Source of the DNA: Zancudomyces culisetae HAW-14-8
Lineage: Eukaryota > Fungi > Kickxellomycota
DNA length: 64,000 nt
NCBI GenBank assembly: GCA_052426225.1
Contig: JBNJNM010000010.1
Location: 62,001-126,000, forward strand
Direction of reading: 5' to 3'
Position 1 is the stretch's first letter; each line of letters opens with the position of its first letter. Below are positions 61,901 through 64,000 of the stretch, piece after piece. The notes beneath the pieces were generated by a model. That model ran no database searches. It was given only the letters and a program-made list of their open reading frames with translations, and was not told the origin of the DNA. Made by a program: the position numbers and the translations under genes.

Positions 61901-62590
61901 ATTTGATTTTTTTTTTCATTGTCTTATTTTTCTAAAAGGAGAGAAATGGCGATACGTGTTTATTCACAAAAACGGTTTTAGTTTTAGTATCTCTATTTAT
62001 TTTTTATTTACTAAACACATTTGTAGATGCCAATATCATCTGTTTTAAATAAAACACATCATATGTAACAAGATTGGCCATTACAAGGAATTAGCAATAA
62101 AAATACACCCAGCCTAAAAACTAGATGTAAAAAATATCCTTAAGATTGTTGGTGTGCTTATTCGCGTTCAGCCTACATATATGGAGCATGCTGTAATCTA
62201 GGACTAATTTTTGTCGAATCATAATTGAGATGTTTTTTAAAATTTCAACTATAACTAATTGCGATAAAAAATTTACGTGGATTAATCGCCCCTTTAAAAA
62301 AATGTTGAAGTAAAATAAAAATAAAATAAAACAAAAAATATTCCAAGAGACGGAATAAATAGTAAACGAATATAAGAATCTTGCTCAATCGTCGGAAGCT
62401 GTTTGCTAAATACCTGACTTATTGAAACGATATCAGTGCATGAGAAGCTCTTTCTTTGTTTTTGATCAAATGAAAGGCTTAATAGATTTGAAAGCAAATT
62501 TATTACAGCATGAGCAGGTAATCTTCACCACTATTTTTGTTTGTAGCTACATTAAGTTTGGTACAAACTCTGAAATAACAGTGTAATTAA

Positions 62591-64000
62591 ATGAAAAATA
62601 AACAATTACATAGTGAAAATAAAGGAAAATTGAACGCAGCTAGCGCTGTATTTGAGCCTAGCTTTAAAACCAAAAATATAAATACTAAAAGCGAAGCCAC
62701 AAAGACCAAAGAAGCTGCAATAGGAGAAAGATTTGCCGCACTTTCTATTGCTCCATCCTCAAGAGAGGCCGCTATAACCGAATCTCAACCAAAGAGTAGG
62801 TGCATTTATTTTTTTATATTGTATAAATGTTGTATTTTCAGCGTTTAAAGTTGCTAATGGAATCATATTTACATGTCTTTAGGTGTCGATAATAGGTATG
62901 GCGACAGTATGTAAAACCAGACATAAATACTTGTGATACACAATCAAGTTATTTTTGAAGGGAGATGATTTACTCACTTCAGAGAAATGAATATAGAAAA
63001 ACGATTGGATTTATTTTATACCAAAAGGAGGATGTACTCAATGATACAATCATAGAAAACATTTTTTAAAATTAGAAACAAGTATCCGAACGAAATGGTT
63101 AATTTTTCGGCCGGAATGCAGGTCAGAAGGGATGTAGGACAAGAAAAAATATCCAAGGTAATCAGCGGCTATTTATTTATTTATGTATAGTATTATTTAC
63201 GTTGTAATTATTTACTATAAATATTCAAAGCTTAGTACAAATGGTGTTCAACGCCTACCCATTAACTAATATAGGAAAATAGCTATATCCCACGATTGGA
63301 AACGTCTGACACAAAAGTACTGGAACTATTTATCTTCTCTATAAAATATCTTATTTTTTTATACAGCTATCTTTTTTCTTTGTGGCGAAAGGTAGAGTTG
63401 AGTAGGAACACAAATTAACTAATGGGCGTGAACCGTTTACTTAGAAGTTGAAGACATACGAGAGAAGAATTGACGATTTTTTCATGAATAAAGGACTCCG
63501 GGATCGATTGAAAATGGAAAGTATAGGGAGAAATAGCTTTCGAGGTTAGTAAAGTCACAGGTTTACTTTTTTATTGATTTTTTGAAACATTTAACGACCG
63601 ATTAGTAGTTGGAAGGCAGGTTAATTTTTATAACTTTAAATATTCATTAACTAAAATATATATCGAAACAATTATAGATGATACTTCACCGAGAACTATC
63701 CATCATTACACATCACTAACACCGATAGATCCACCAGGACCCAACTACGGATTACAGGGGCACATGTTGAAAGCTACCTTTTATAAGGCGTTTTCTAGTG
63801 TCGATGGAAAAACATACTGTATTCATAGAGTCCACGGTAAGTCCATGTTTGTAATTCTAACTTATATAACCAACTGACAAGGATTTTAATTAAACACTAT
63901 AGATTGTAGATCGATTACAGCAAATTCACTGAGTATAATAAAGACACTAGTTGGAATTCAACATCCAAGTATCGTTAGAATACGCGAAGCATTTACCACC
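62591..64000 (+). CDS. PAN3: PAN2-PAN3 deadenylase subunit PAN3, multi-exon, runs off the window
   Basis: N-terminal PAM2-like KLNAASAVFEP; FFMNKGLRDRL; HYTSLTPID..FYKAFSSVDGKTYCIHRV; HPSIVRIREAFTT (pseudokinase N-lobe). Confidence 0.88.

Noticed and set aside
62134-62141. U12-type AT-AC donor ATATCCTT
   Set aside because: Intergenic with no exon context; all introns I modelled are GT-AG.
1-64000. Selenoprotein (in-frame TGA plus SECIS), known from some early-diverging fungi
   Set aside because: No recognised gene here needs TGA readthrough and I saw no convincing SECIS; no formal SECIS search was run.
14695-64000. Functional cluster of RNA-processing genes (G3BP, SMU1, SPF27, U1-C, Rrm4-like, PAN3)
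   Set aside because: They are interspersed with unrelated housekeeping genes and belong to a large category; the MLLE/PAM2 proximity is probably chance.

Overview
AT-rich, intron-containing eukaryotic DNA from a fungus: it encodes a trifunctional HIS4 and a Zn2Cys6 transcription factor. SMU1, ZZZ3-like, ankyrin-asparaginase and CblD/MMADHC genes point to an early-diverging (non-Dikarya) lineage; a Kickxellomycotina/Harpellales-like origin is only a guess. About 22 protein-coding genes were reconstructed by hand with GT-AG introns; two are truncated at the window edges (asparaginase, PAN3). I found no tRNA, rRNA, transposase or CRISPR. Most notable points: (1) an Rrm4-type 3xRRM+MLLE endosomal mRNA-transport protein; (2) an obligatory 5-nt microexon in OMA1; (3) a cobalamin-trafficking CblD whose presumed cobalt-ligating Cys position is Gln; (4) a Gfd2/QIP-like pseudo-exonuclease in a huge Q/N low-complexity protein, head-to-head with G3BP/Bre5; (5) an unexplained ~600-nt, extensively base-pairable intergenic segment (candidate ncRNA); (6) a secreted mucin-like protein with an unrecognised N-terminal domain. 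All homology calls come from recalled motifs, not database searches.
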